Assembly (NCBI GenBank): GCA_951406725.2
Contig: OX597814.1
Location: forward strand, 73,036,001 to 73,100,000
Direction: 5' to 3'
DNA from: Octopus vulgaris
Lineage: Eukaryota
DNA: 64,000 nucleotides
The notes below the pieces were generated by a model that worked only from the letters and a program-made list of their open reading frames with translations, was not told the DNA's origin and ran no database searches. Shown here one piece after another: positions 11,644 to 25,515 of the stretch (its first letter is position 1; every line of letters starts with the position of its first letter). A program made the translations under genes and the position numbers.

Positions 11644-12934
11644 CTTGGATGCAACAATTCAGCGTCGTTTTAAAGTAGTCGATACAAAATTTATGTGACT
11701 GTATATTTTATTTTGGGTATTAATAACTCTCGGCATGTGTTTATTAGAATTCTGGTCCAAATGCTTGCAAGAAAATAAACTCAACTAAAAATACTCATGA
11801 GTCAGGTGATGGTGTTAAACTGGACAACAGATTAAGTCTACAACCCAAATGTCTATTGTGAATAAGCTTAGATCAACTTAAATATATTTAAGCAAGATAA
11901 GAAAAACAACCAAAAGGTTTTACCTGCAAAACATTCAAGTGCCTTCACATGTTAGAGCTTAGAATGTTGAATTGACATATTAAATGTTGCAATTTATCAT
12001 CTTAGAAGAAAAAAGATGATTTCTACTGTTAATAAGAAGCAATATTCAGCCTGGGTTCAATCAGAATGGGATTGTGATATTCAGAAGTGGTTTAAATTAT
12101 TTTTCAGATTAACTTTTTTTCAGGTTTCAATTTTTGGCTTCAAATTTTGTTGGTTCAAATATATTATGTAAACACTTCAGGTGGTGTTATATTTTCTCTG
12201 TCATGTCAAAATCAAAAGTACATTCTGGAAGTTGTAAAATGGTGTATTGGTAATCATTTCACAGTCAAAATGTGCATTGGTGATTTAGAGGAAATTAAAG
12301 ATTTACTTATAAGAGTAAACTATAAAAAAATATTAGAACATCTGAAAGTTCTACATGGATGGTTTTTTCTTCTTTCTTGCTTTTTCCAAGACACTACCAC
12401 ACTTCACAAATTTGATTACTTAATTTCAAGTGAAAAGGTTTCAGGTTTTGCATAATTTTTCTCACTGAACAGATCTTAGTCCATATTGTAACATTAAAGT
12501 GATTAAATAAAAAGCAAATATTAATCACTAGCCACACTCCATGCAGACTTTTAAGCTAGCTCCTGTGGAGGGCTAACTGGGCCTGCAGCCCAAAACTAAA
12601 GAGAGCTAAATGGCATGACTATAATACATCTATAATGACTATATGTCCTGGTGTTGTTTGATCAGAGTTTAAGGATGGATGAGAATGAATTATGTAGTGC
12701 AGTCATTCTATTGTTCCAGTCTGAAGTTGAATTCCAACTGTTGGTCAATTTGTCCCGAAGTTTTTTTCTTGATTCATTACTTTAATGAATTCTAGTCAAG
12801 AAATATAGGGAAAACCATAGTGAAATTTAAATTATTGACATATAAGATGTATTCTTGATTAAGACACACCTGTATTATACAAGTCTGTTTTGTTAAAGTG
12901 GTTAAAGTGGAGAAAATGTATGATTCTATGCATA

Positions 12935-13306
12935 CTTTTATTTTTACTTGTTTCAGTCATTTGACTGTAGCCATACGGGGGCATCGACTTGAAGAATTTT
13001 TAGCTGAATGGATTGACCCCAGTACTGTTTTTTAAGCTTATTACTTATTCTATTGATCTCTCGTTTGAACCACTAAGTTACAGGTATGTAAACCGGTGAT
13101 CAAGCTATAGTGGGGGACAAACACAGATACAAATACACACACACACACACACAACGGGCTTCTTTCAGTTTTTGTCTACCAAATCTACACACAAGGCTTT
13201 GGTCAGCCTGAGGTTATAGTAGAAGACATTTGCCCAAGGTGTTACAAAGTGAGACTGAACCTGGAACCATGTTGTTGAGAAGCAAGTTTCTTTACCACAC
13301 AGCCAC
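12935..13306 (-). mobile_element. tRNA-derived SINE (family A)
   Basis: Reverse complement of the 9816-10255 head and tail (TTTTACTTGTTTCAGTCATTTGACTG ... ACCACACAGCCAC). Confidence 0.8.
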
Positions 13307-14499
13307 AATGTTGTGACAGTATAGTGGAATAAAGTATGAAACCATAATACATAAACTGTTTATAGGACTACAGCATTTCAGCTTTGTCTTCTTTCAGATC
13401 AACTGTACAGTTATTTATATTTTGGTCAAGAGAATTGCCATATAGAATGTAAAACTCATATTTCTGGTTATGTAACCACTTTTGGCCACCAGGAGTGACT
13501 TGCCACTGCTATGGTTTTGTTGTTATCTACTCGTTGGAAATACCCGATAAACGGATGAAGGTTAAACATTCCATCCATTTTTCTGAAATTTTCATTTAGA
13601 TAATTTAATATAACGTAGTAATCAAATAATGTAAAACATATGCCAAGTATGGATTATGTATATTGGAGAAGGAGGCATGAGATGGTGTAAAAAAAATTAA
13701 GAAAATAAACATTAAGAGGAAAGTATAAAAAGTGGAGGGACAGAAACAGCAATATAAAGTGAAGCTGAGAGAGAGAGAGAGGGAGAGGGAGAGAGAGAGA
13801 GAGAATAAGAGAGAAAGGTTAAAGAAAACATGTGGGAAAATGAAAGAAAACAGTATTGTATGTTAACTGAGTATATGGAGAAAAAGATTAATAGAGAAGA
13901 TATATAGAGAAGGCAGTCAGAGATACAATAGAGTATGTATGAGAGGGAATGAGGGGAAGAAAGAAGTGTAAAGTTGAAGTGTAAAACTACAAAAGAGAAA
14001 TGATAGTCATGAAAGAAAAGTTATGTGTGTGTTTGAGAGTGAATGAAAACAATAATGGAAGAAAGAATAATAGTGGAAAAATAAAGAAAAGGTAAGAAAT
14101 GTGAGGTTGGAAGGGTGAGAGAAGTATGATGTGAATAGTGTTGTGAAAGATTAAGAGAGAAATAGCAATGGTGAGGGACAAGGATATAAAAAAGGGAGAA
14201 TTAAAAAGGGTAGGAAGAAGAAACTTCCTGAAAATGAAGAGAGAGGCGGTGCTCCAGCATGGCTACAGTCAAATGACTGAAACAAGTAAACGAGTAAAAG
14301 AGAGAAAAAGAGAGCGAGAGAGACAGAAAGTGAGTGAGAGAGAGAGTGTGTGTGAAAGAGCAAGCCTAAGACAGAGAGAGCAAGTGAGAGAGAAAGGGAG
14401 AGAGAGAGAGAGAAAGAGATTAAAAAGAGGAAAAAAAGAAAGGGAAAATAGACAATAGTGAGATAAGAAAGAAAGAAATGAAAGGGAAAGAAAACTGCG

Positions 14500-14940
14500 T
14501 GAAATATTTGGAAATATTGGCAAGTTTTAGCAGAGTAATTTCAGTGGAAGGAGCAAGTCAGTTTCATCAACCCCAGGGCTTGCCCTCAAAATGGCTGAAA
14601 GGCAAAGATGATCTTGGCGGCAACTGAACTTAGAACATTAAAAAATGGACAAAACACCACTGAGTATTTTGCTTGGCATGCTAACTATTCCGCAAGCTTC
14701 CTGCCTTGGGCGCAAGAAATATTGGTTTCATATTTTGGCACAAGGCCAACAATTTCGGAAAAGGGGATAAGTTGATTAGATAGACCCTAGCGTTCAATTG
14801 GTAATTATTTTATTGACCCTGAAAGGATAAAAGGCATAGTTGAGCTTGGTGGAATTTGAACTCGGAACGTCAAGATGGATGAAATGCTGCTAAGCATTTA
14901 ACCCGGCATGCTAATGATTCAGCTAGCTTGTCACCTTAGG
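14500..14940 (-). mobile_element. Two tandem decayed SINEs (family B)
   Basis: Reverse complement of the GGCAGAATCxxTAGCATGCxGGGxAAATGCTTAGC...GTTCAAATTCCAC repeat seen at 40065, 42021 and 43445. Confidence 0.7.
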
Positions 14941-17140
14941 TAGAGAAAATTTTGAAGGAGAAACTAATAATGGAGAGAACATACAATAATATTTGTGTGT
15001 GCACATGCACATGTATGTGTGTGAGAGAGGGGGGGACAGAAAATGTAGGTAAAATGGAGATAAAACTGAGTTGTGTTGAGGAAACATACTATAAATAAGG
15101 GAGATATTGCTTGTCAGAGAAGAAAGAATATAAAATGACATGGGAAGCACGAACTTGCAATAGTTAAATAAAATGTGAGAGGAGGAAAGAAGATATATTG
15201 AAATACTATAAGAGAAATTACAGGAAAAAGAAATGGTGAGAAATGCATAAGGGATTAGCTGTGGGAGAGGGTAGGCAAGAAAAAATTAGACGAGAAAATT
15301 ACGAAAAAGAAGAAAAATATGAAATACTTAGAAGTAAATGTGACGAATATGAAAAATCAAGAAGGAAGAAAGACTGAGACTTAGATTAATAGGTCAATAA
15401 AGTCTGTTTCGAATTTACAAGGCCATTTGACCAGAGCTTTATCTCTTTTCGTGACGTTAAAGAGATGGAGAGCATAAGACACTCCTGAACGAGTCGCCAG
15501 TCCTTTGTAGAGTTAACTCTGACTCCAACTGTCACTGACACTCATTTTCAGCTGAGTAGAATAAAGCAACATGAAACGAAGAGCTTTGGTTCATCTTTCT
15601 GTCATATCTCTAATCCTGTTCTCTCTCACACACAAGACAGAAAAGTGACGATGATGATCGTGAAGAAAAGATGATCGTATAGAAAACAGTGACAAGCAAA
15701 ATAACAATAAAAGGGAAAGTTAGCATAGTAAAGGAGGTAGAGGAGGCACAGAGAGAGAGCGAGAGGGGGAGATGGAGAGAGAGAAGGGGAGATGGAGAGA
15801 GAGGGGGAGATGGAGAGGGAGAGGGAGAGAGAGAGAGGGAGAACGGAAAAGTCGGAAATAGGGAACAGAACTGAAAAAGAGGGTGAAATAAGTAAGGAAT
15901 GAGAAATAGAAAATCAGAATAAAAGTAAGGGAGTAAAGCTGCAGTAGGCTAGCACCTTGGTCAGAGGACATGTATTGGAAATAGATACAAAGTAATTAAA
16001 TAAATAGAAAAATAAAGTGTTGACTGTAAAACCCCATCCAGATTTTGGAGAAACACTCGAAGACGAGATAAAAAGTAGGAGGAAAGAGGACAGGAAGATT
16101 CTTAATATTTTATTCTAAAACAATTTTTATTCCCTACTTTTACTTTAGCCCTCTGTTCATTCAGCACCAATGCTCCGAACCATAAAACTAAATTGTTTTG
16201 TATGCAGTGAAGAGATGTGTTTACCGAGTACTACTAACACAAGAAAAATGGTGAAGCTCCCCAACAGAAGGGAACTGCTTTAATATGATGCAGATTTACA
16301 ACAGAACCAGTAATCCAAGACTAATCAACAGAATGCTAAAATCTACTTTCTCTCTAACTTATAACGATATAAGTTTTACAAACTGGAGAAATAGAACTTC
16401 ATTTATAAAGCAGAATATTCTATATCTACATTAGCGGTGGTAACACACACGTTGAGTGGAAGTGTGCGTGTCTGTGTTAGCTTTTACACATATTTGTTGA
16501 TTAGTTTAATGGTAAAATTACATCCGCATTTACGCACGCGCACACACATAAAAACGTACGCGCGCGCACATAAACACACGCACACACACACACACACACA
16601 TACATACACGTTCTAACCCTTTCATGTATTAAGTTTGAGATTATGAAAAAAGAATACGATGATATTGAAATAAGATGGAAAAAACATGACTTGTGAAATG
16701 AAGAGTTTATCTTACAGAATACTTAGCAAACATATCACCAACTCTCTCCAGTCCCCAAAATAAGCAGTGAAAATCCGGATAAATTATGAAAGCATCATAA
16801 ATTCTCAATATTTTTAGACTGAGGGGAATAATAATAAGATGGAATATTTTTATAGCACGCAGAATCATATACGGTAAGTAAGTGTTATTTGTTGTTTACA
16901 TCCGTCTTATCCCTGGTTCAACAGTCCAATGAGACTGACCATCTTGCTTTTGTTCAAAGTGTATCTTCGATTACATTAATGCGTCGCCCACGACTTTTTA
17001 AAAGTTAGTAATGTGTGATTTTATTCTTTTGTCAGACATTTTAGAGTGATTGTTGTGATACCTGACTTAATCGAATTTCCTCCTAACGATACTTAGCTTT
17101 ACACACACACACATATGTATGTATGTATGAATGTATGTAT

Positions 17141-17178
<38 letters not shown>

Positions 17179-17251
17179 GTAATAAATAGTAAATAATTAT
17201 TTTTATTTTCCTAAAATTTTCGTTGCGTCTTGCAACCTTTTCATTATATAT

Positions 17252-17396
17252 AGGCGTAGGAGTGGCTGTATGGTAAGTAGCTAGTTTACGAACCACATGG
17301 TTCCGGGTCCAGTCCCACTGCGTGGCACCTTCTATAGCCAAAGCCTTGTGAGTGGATTTGGTAGACAGAAACTGAAAAAAGCCTGTCGTATATATG

Positions 17397-17457
<61 letters not shown>

Positions 17458-17900
17458 ATATATATGTGTGTGTATATATATGTGTGTGTGTATATATATA
17501 TGTGTGTGTGTGTATATATATATGTGTGTGTGTGTATATATATGTGTGTGTGTATATATATGTGTGTGTGTGTATATATATGTGTGTGTGTATATATATA
17601 TGTGTGTGTGTATATATATATGTGTGTGTGTATATATATATGTGTGTGTGTGTATATATATATATGTGTGTGTGTATATATATATATGTGTGTGTGTGTA
17701 TTTGTGTGTCTAAGTTTTACCAGCATCACTTGACAACCGATGCTGGTGTGTTTACGCCCCCCGTAACTTAGCGGTTCGGCAAAAAGAACCGATAGAATAA
17801 GTACTAGGCTTACAAAGAGTAAGTCCTGGGGTTGATTTGCTCGAATAAAGGCGGTGCTCCAGCGTGCCCACAGTCAAATGACTGAAACAAGTAAAAGAGA
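17252..17900 (+). mobile_element. tRNA-derived SINE (family A) with expanded internal (TA)n(TG)n array
   Basis: Head GGCGTAGGAGTGGCTGTATGG...GGTCCAGTCCC; tail GGCGGTGCTCCAGC...GACTGAAACAAGTAAAAGAG. Confidence 0.85.
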
Positions 17901-17911
17901 ATCTCTGAGCA

Positions 17912-18036
17912 AGATATAAATAGTAGCAATATGGAATCGTAACATATAATTGCTCACCAAGTGTGGCGTCCTATAAAGGACAGTGCTACTGACGTTTATA
18001 GCCCCAGGAAGACATTTCTTCCAGCTGGCTAACGAC
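17912..18036 (+). repeat. ~125-bp interspersed repeat; inverted copy at 22236-22360
   Basis: AGATATAAATAGTAGCAATATGGAATCGTAA...CCAGCTGGCTAACGAC matches the reverse complement of 22236-22360. Confidence 0.85.
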
Positions 18037-18144
18037 TGCGAGGGGAGGTCGTCACTCCCATTTCTGGCCTTACGTGATACACACGGACTTGTGTTTCTGA
18101 GTGGCTACCTGTCCTGTGTGTGTTAATCACCAGTTAGTGATGAA

Positions 18145-21100
18145 TATTTTCATTATGATTATACAATCAAACACAGAGGACACACAAAAATGATATCTGA
18201 GTTCGGATGAGTATATTTACAAATGACATTCATTTATGTACAATTAACTGACTTTGTTTTTTCCTTTTTGACACCACCCTTTTTTTCTCTTAAATTAAAA
18301 ATGAAATCAGGCGGATTCACCCGGCAGTCTGCAAGGCACAGCGACTATCTATTTTCCTTTCATCAATAATTAAGCTGGGTTACTCGCACCCACGTTTCTC
18401 ATCACATCCTTCCATCTTTGCTCATATACCCTACGCGACAGGGTTTTCCTCTCCAGCCCCATCTTGCTCTTCAGATGGTATCTGAAGTAATTTAGCAAAC
18501 TGGGGTCAGAGACGAAGTATCCTGTCGCGACACCTATTCTTGTTCTCCATACGCACTCTTTCAGTACTGCAACCGTACAGAGAAAACATGCCTCACCTTC
18601 CTTTGGGAGTCTGGCTGGCGGTACTATCTTTATTATAGATCCAGCCGATAGCCGTACTCTTCCCAGATGCGATGTGTTCCACGAAAACCATCAAGCTTAA
18701 CAGCTCCTAACATTGTACAAAAGTGTGCTGGACGGTTTCGTCGTCCAGCATACATCTTGGGCAAGTCGGTGGCACTGAAACTCCGTGCCTGGATATCTTT
18801 TTGCGAACAGGTAGAGCATTCCTGTAGCACTGCCAAGCTAGGGATTTTTGGTAATTATCCAAATACCCTGGTCTAACAGTCCTGCTAAACAGGTCGAACT
18901 CCAGAGCCCCTCCTAAGATGTCATCGTTTCTAAACTCCACCAGCCCTCTATAGAACACCAAGGTGGTATCCCTGCTGCCAGCTTTGCCCGCCTTGTAGAT
19001 AAGCATGAGTGCCTGTTGGCACTCCTTTTGCCATTGAGTCAGGTTTCATCTTTTTATGAAACCGGGCTTAAATCTTACCATAGTGGTCAGTTGCGGGAAG
19101 AATCCCTCTGCCAGCAGGCTCCACACCTTATCAGCTTCCAGGTGGTGCCAGAGATGTCTCAGCCTCAATGCATGTCTGCACATTATTAACCAAGGCATCC
19201 CTAACCTACCCTTTAACAGTTCCTGGCAACAAGCGGAGTGCCTCACAAATGGCTTTCCTCCCTTCCACAAAAAGCAGAGAAGACGTTCCAACTTGCTTAT
19301 CTATGAATTAGGGCAAGGGACAACAGTCAGGCGGTAGGTGATTACAGATGCAATAAACACCTGCATCACCTCTGCCCTTCCTTTCAAGGACAGAGGTCTT
19401 CTGGACCAAGTCCGGACTAGTGCCTGCAGCTTGTTTGCCACCTTGCTCCAATTCTTCAATGTCTGGAAGTCCAGTCCAAACCAAACTCCAAGCAACTTAA
19501 CAGGACCATCGGTCCAGTGCCCCACGACACTGGCCAATATTGACTTGCTCCACCAGGTGCCGAGGCACAATCTGATTGACTTGTCCTTGTTAACTTTTGC
19601 TCTTGCCACCACCTCATATCCTCTTATAGCATCTTCTACACGAGGTAGCTGTACTTCGTTGGACACGATGAAGGTGACGTCATCCGCATAAGCAGAAACA
19701 GATTTACCGCCTCCGATTTCATCAGGCTTACCTCCCAACCTCACCAACTTCTGCAGCAATGGCTCAAGAGCCAACACATACAGAAGCCAATACAAGGGAC
19801 ATGCTTGATCAAAAATGGCTCCGTCAGGTAACTGTTTATCTGGACTGTGGACTTGATGCTGCTGTACATAGCGGAGATCCACCCGCAGAAGACCAGGCCC
19901 AGCCTAGCTGCTTCGAGGTACTGATGGTCGACCCTATCAAATGCTTTACTTTGGTTTAAATGGACCATTGCCTCACCTTTGCCGGCTAATTTACCCACCC
20001 TGTCTAAGGAGTAGCAGACAAGGTGAAGATTGTCCTGGATCGACATGTCTGTGCTTTCTTGACAAGTTTCTCCACGACAGCCATCAACCTTTTCACTAGC
20101 ACCTTGGCCAAAATCTTTAACTCTACATTAAGTAGAGTTATAGGCCAGTAGTTACTAATACTATCCCCGTTGCTCGGGTCTTTCTGGACCAGCATCACCA
20201 CTCCCTGGCTCTCAGCACTGTTGCCAGTTTGTATAGATGCTGGCCAGTATACCCCTGAACAAGTCCGGCATGCTACGGTAAAACTCATAGGGCAGACCAT
20301 CCAGCCCCGGTGACTTTTCCCTGGCACGCTCAGCCAACACCTCTTTTACCTCCATGGGAGAGATCGGTCCTTCACAGCACCTTGCCTCACTCGCCAAGAG
20401 TCACAGTCCACTGGCTAGGAAGTCCTTTAAGGCTTCCCCATGCTCAGGCAGACCGCCCTCTCCGTACGAAATGCTGGTGGAAGACCTTCTGCATCTCCTC
20501 CTGTCCATAGATCTTGCGCCCCTGTTCATCAGTTAAAGACTTAATAGAGGCATTTTTACCTCTCTGACACTCCACTCGGCGTGCCCATCCAGCAACATTC
20601 ATACCTTCTCGTTTCCCTGCACGTAGCTTAGCTTTGATTCTGCAACCTTCATGCTTGGCATTAAGGTGACGGTGCAAGACCGCTCTAGCTGCCAGCACTC
20701 CAGATGCAGAACCAGAGTCCACAGCCTCATCTAGGTTCTTAACTAGTTCGCTCTCTATTCTAGTCCTGTCTAAACTTAGCTGTTTGCTAAATCTAATGGA
20801 CTCTGAATGGATGGCTCTTTTGAGGGCGTGCCACCATCTATTATTAATGATGGTTCCACATAATGCCCTCTGTACTAATTCTTTAATCCGGGTACGAAAG
20901 TCTTCACAAGTCAAAATAGACTTGTTCATCTTCTAGTACCCAGGACCCTGTCTGTGACATTTATCTAGATGCACCTCACATGTCACAAATTTGTGATCCG
21001 TGTAAGGCACAACAAAAATATGTGGACAAATAAAAGTATTCCTATCTTGTTCCTTAACGAATACCCTATTTAAGTACGATCTGCATGTGCTGTCGTTGTT

Positions 21101-21950
21101 ACTCCACGTCCACTGTGGAACGCTCAGCTTGTCCAGTCGGCAACAGTCTACTAGATTAAAGCTCTCTAGTAGACCCTTGAGGCTAGGATTTCCCTTCCTA
21201 TCAGTTGAGCCAAAACTATCAACATGTGCATTGAAGATAGTGTTAAAGTCCCCTAATAAAACTACAGTTTTTGACATCACTAGGTAGTGCTCCAGGTCTT
21301 GGGGAAAAAACCTGACTGCCTATGGTTGTTAGGAGCAAAGACAGCTACTAGCCTGAAGGACTGCTTACTCACAGGTGTTACATCTAGGATGATCAGCCTA
21401 CTTTCTGGGTCCAGAAAGACAGTACTTATCTGTAAGTCCAAGTTCTTCCTTATAAGGACTACCACACCCTCCTCTTCTTTGGCTATGAGAAATAAATTTA
21501 TTGTAACCGTTGAGAAGAGGTAAGAACGCTTGAGGTCTGCTCATCTTGGACTCGGTTACAATGGCTACATCTATACTATGTGTCCTGAGGTCATTCAGGA
21601 AACAAGCTTGTTTCCATTTTGATCCCACTCCACGCACATTTATACAGCCCAACCTAATCATTGATGAAAGAAAAATTAAATTTTCTACTTACGGTTGCGA
21701 CAGGGACATGGCAGTTTCTGTCTGACTGCCTTTCTCTCTCTCTCCTTAGTAGGCATAGCCATTGGGCTTTTTACCGGCATTACCCCCGGGCTCTGGGTTG
21801 TGGCTACCGGGGTAATTGTTATTTTCCTGTCTGCTTTGTCTTGGGTGATATTATTCACATCCTTTTTTTTTCAGGTGTTCTTGCAGAGTTCTGTCCATCA
21901 ACCCGTCATCACATACCTTTGCATAGCGAACGTCAGACTTAAGAGTTTTA
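18145..21950 (-). mobile_element. Decayed L1/Tx1-type LINE (APE endonuclease, RT, C-terminal Cys-rich domain)
   Basis: MIRLGCINVRGV, LLGDFN, YTDHK (APE); SPGLDGLPYEFY, PITLLNVELKIL, KAFDRVDH, YADD (RT); CPRC..DDETVQH. Many frameshifts. Confidence 0.9.
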
Positions 21951-22359
21951 TTTGATGGTGCGCCTTTACGAAACGAAATATTCCTTCGTTTTTAAGTCGA
22001 AAGAAATATATTTGTTTTTTTTTTTCTTTCTGGGTTTATGGGGTGTGGTTTGGCAAATTTCGTCCCCACTAACACTGTGCCAAAGGGGTGGAGTTGGGGA
22101 ATTTTTTTAATGTTGTCTGTTTGCATTGTTGTTTTTTTGTTTGGGGAGGAGAGCCCAGAGCAATCTCTTAGCTCTTACACTATTTCAGTATTATGTGTGA
22201 AAAGTGAAACAATACCAATCGGACACAAATTGTGTGTCGTTAGCCAGCTGGAAGAGATATCATCCTGGGGCCATAAACGTCAGTAGCACTGTCCTTTATA
22301 GGACACCACACTTTGTTGGCAATTATATCTTACGATTCCATATTGCTACTGTTTATATC

Positions 22360-23645
22360 TCCAGGCCACTGTTTAGCTCCACAGAATTGGCAGATTGTGG
22401 ACATGCAGCCTATTTGAACGTCAGGGTGATTACTGTAGTCAATTGTAGGATCGTAGCTGAATGCTGTCCTTGACCAATGCAAGGAGCATGGTCTTGAGTG
22501 GGAACATCGGGCAGCCCTTCGCTGAGTTGTAGCCTCCAGTCGTTGTTGTCTTTCCCCTGTAGTCCATAGCGCATGCAGCAGCAGTATCTCTTGTAAGTCA
22601 AACTGTGCATTGTGCTGCAGTCTCTGCAGCTCCTGCAGCAGCAGTTGAGGAACCATCTTTTGTAAGTCAATCAGCGTGTTGTGCTGCAGTCTCTGAAGCT
22701 TGTACAGCAGCAGTAGAAGAAGCATTTCTTGTTTGGTGTGCTGAACGTTGCTCGTTGCTCTGGGCAGCTTGTGCAGCAATACATGCTAACCGATCACAAT
22801 GCTGCTCTTCACTTTCCCTTCTTCACACTGAAGCCATCCTAAGTGCATTGAGAGAGTTCCTCCCGGCAGTGTCCTCGGCAGATTCATTTGCATGCATACG
22901 TTTACTTTTCTTTGCAGCATTTGCTTGCCGGCCTATATTGGATCTTTTGCATCGAGGTATAGTGGAAAATTAGTAAAATGCAGTTGGCAAAAATGTTAAT
23001 CAAACAGACTGAATTAAGGATTTTTAATTATGGGTATGAGTTTTGAAGTGGCTAGTTTAAGTTGGAATAATTATATGATAAAGAACGCTCACATGAAAAC
23101 GAAGGCAAATTGTAACTCGCAAACTGCTGGCAGTACTGTGCAAGCAGTCGATAAGGGCTCGCCACAGCTGACAAAGTAAAGTATTGATTCTTTCCAGCTG
23201 GGTGTGTGTCAAATTTTTTTTGCTAGCTCAAGCCAAATCTTAGGTGAATTGAGAGTAGTCTTTTTATGTTGGGGGTACAGAATTTTGAGGAAAAAATTAT
23301 AAGAAAAAGCATCCTAAGTCAAAGAGAGCACACATGTCAAATTTGGTGAAATTTGGTTGAAAATTGTAGGAGTGCAAGTGATTCACACAACACAGAGACA
23401 GACAACTTGCCATTTAATATATAAGATCAAACACGTACCGTGGCATAGACATGGTAGGTTCAAATCGTAGGTGAGTTGAGGGTAGTCTCTTTATGCAGGG
23501 GGCACAGAATTTCTTATCAAAGAAAAAGCATCCTAAGTCAAAGAGAGCACACACATCAAATTTGGTGAAATTTGGTTGAAAATTGTAGGAGTAGAATTGG
23601 TTCACACAACACAGAGACAGACAACTTGCCTTTTAATATATAAGA
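22360..23645 (-). mobile_element. Helitron 5' fragment with the start of the Rep/Hel ORF (pseudogenised) and a duplicated 5' terminus
   Basis: Minus-strand termini TCTTATATATTAAAxGGCAAGTTGTC at 23645 and 23426 (tandem ~200-bp repeat). Peptides PRCKRSNIGRQANAAK... and AFSYDPTIDYSNHPDVQIGCMSTICQFCGAKQWPG are typical of Helitron N-termini. Confidence 0.75.
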
Positions 23646-23707
23646 AAGATACATGTATATATATACATGTGTGTGTGTATATATATTATATATATATATA
23701 TATATAC

Positions 23708-25515
23708 TGTTGTGTCTGGGGAGAGTCATTCTCTTTTAGTGCCTTATTATTTACCACACTCACTGGTAGAATTTCCACTTTTTTTCCTTATTTTTATTTT
23801 CTAAAATTTTCGTTGCTTCTTGCAACCTTTTCAATAGTTTTGACTCTGCCCGTTATTTACACTGCGTTCCCTTTTGTTTGTTTGTGCACATGTGTGTGGG
23901 TCAGTGTGTGTGTGTGCCTATACATGCATGCATATACATATGTATGTGTGTGTGTGTGTGTGTTTGCATGTGTATGTCTGTATATATGTGTGTGTATGCA
24001 TATGTATGTATGTATGTGTGTGCATCTGTATGTACGTATCCTGCATATTTATGTGCTTGCCTGTCCGTGTTTGTGTATTTTCTATGTTTGTGTGTGTGAG
24101 CATGTCTGTATATATATGCACCTCTGTCTCCTTGTGTGTGCAGATCTGTGTGTGTGTGTTATGTAACTATGTACCATGTTTGTATGTATGAATGTGCATC
24201 TTTATATGTGTGGATCCGTGTCTCCATATGTGTCTGTTCATATAGTCTATATACCTATCCGTCTGTATATTGATCTGTTTATTTACATATTTAAATGTTT
24301 ACATACAGAAATAAAAAATAAAAATTTAAAAAATTAAAAAATATAAAAAACAACAAAAAATGAATAAAAAAATGGGGGCATACACACACACTCACACCCA
24401 CATACATACATACATTTATCTACCTAACAGTCCACTAACTATTCTACTCTACCTGTGTAAACTGTGGGTATGGAGGTATGGTGTTTATTGTGTATATTTC
24501 CTATTTAATATTGGGGAGGTTTCATTTATAAGGATGTACTCCCGTATTTGTCTGAGTGTTGGGTCTTTTGGGTGCTTGGACAAGATGTGGATGTCAAGTT
24601 GACCCAAGTTACCTCCATGGTGGTCTTTGGCACGTTGGTAGAGTATGGAGGACTGTTTTCTGTCGTCATATTGTCTTATATGTTCATTTATCCGTTCCGC
24701 AATGCTTCTAGACGTCTCCCCTATGTACATCATGTTCATGTCCTTACAAGCACCTTCTATGCATCTTATGCTGTAAACTACATTTCGAGTTCTACAGTTA
24801 ATAGCAGGACTAATTCTACATACCATGCAGTTATCATTGGTGCATATGGTATTCTTAAACGGGTACGTCCTACATAGTTGTGATCTGATGGAGTTCCCTG
24901 GCTTTTCAACAATTTTAATGTTGAGTTTGGTCTCCTTCAGAGCTTTTCTAAATCTACGGGCTAGTTCTCCATGGGCTGTGGCCTCTACAAACATCACTCC
25001 TTGATATTTGTCGGTTTTATACCACCTGTTCACCCTGTTTGCTTTGTCACAAGTTCTTTGTTTCTATATCTAGGGCAGGTATCACTGGTATCATTATGTA
25101 TAATGTTATCTAATTTCTTTCTATCCCCCCTGTATACCCGAACCCTATCTTTCTGATCATATCCAGAGAATTGCATGCGGTGTATGAAGTTCTGTATATG
25201 TTTCTTCATTTCATAGGGTTCGCATAATGAGGACACATTGTTCATTATTCTAACTAGGTCTGCTATTTGTATGTTAATTTTCATGCTGTGTGACAAAGCT
25301 GAGTTCTTGTGAACAACATATTTTGAAGTTACAGGTTTCATGTAATAAGAGTGGAGGAGATGCACTCTATTGTTCACAGTCTCTAACCAAAGTTCAGTAT
25401 CAAGTACAGGGAGTCTATTGTTAGGCTTCTTAAAAATAAGAAAAAAAAAGTGGAAATTCTACCGGTGAGTGTGTTAAATAATAAGGCACTAAAAGAGAAT
25501 GACTCTCCCCAGACA
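23708..25515 (-). mobile_element. 5'-truncated Penelope-like element (RT thumb + GIY-YIG) with inverted terminal copy
   Basis: LPVLDTELW...YYMKP; C-x4-C-x2-C linker; NVVYSIRC...MYIGETSRSIAERINEH (24485-25033). 25430-25515 is the reverse complement of ~23713-23797. Confidence 0.85.
23801..23837 (-). ncRNA. Minimal hammerhead-like motif, U3-A8 variant
   Basis: Minus strand CTA-TTGAAAA-G-GTTGC-AAGAA-GCAAC-GAAA-ATTT-TAG, with palindromic stem III region AAAATTTT. A truncated copy lies at 17211-17243. Confidence 0.55.

Noticed and set aside
13700-16000. Arg/Glu-rich and Ser/Leu/Phe-rich ORFs
   Set aside because: They derive from purine-rich low-complexity (GA)n sequence.
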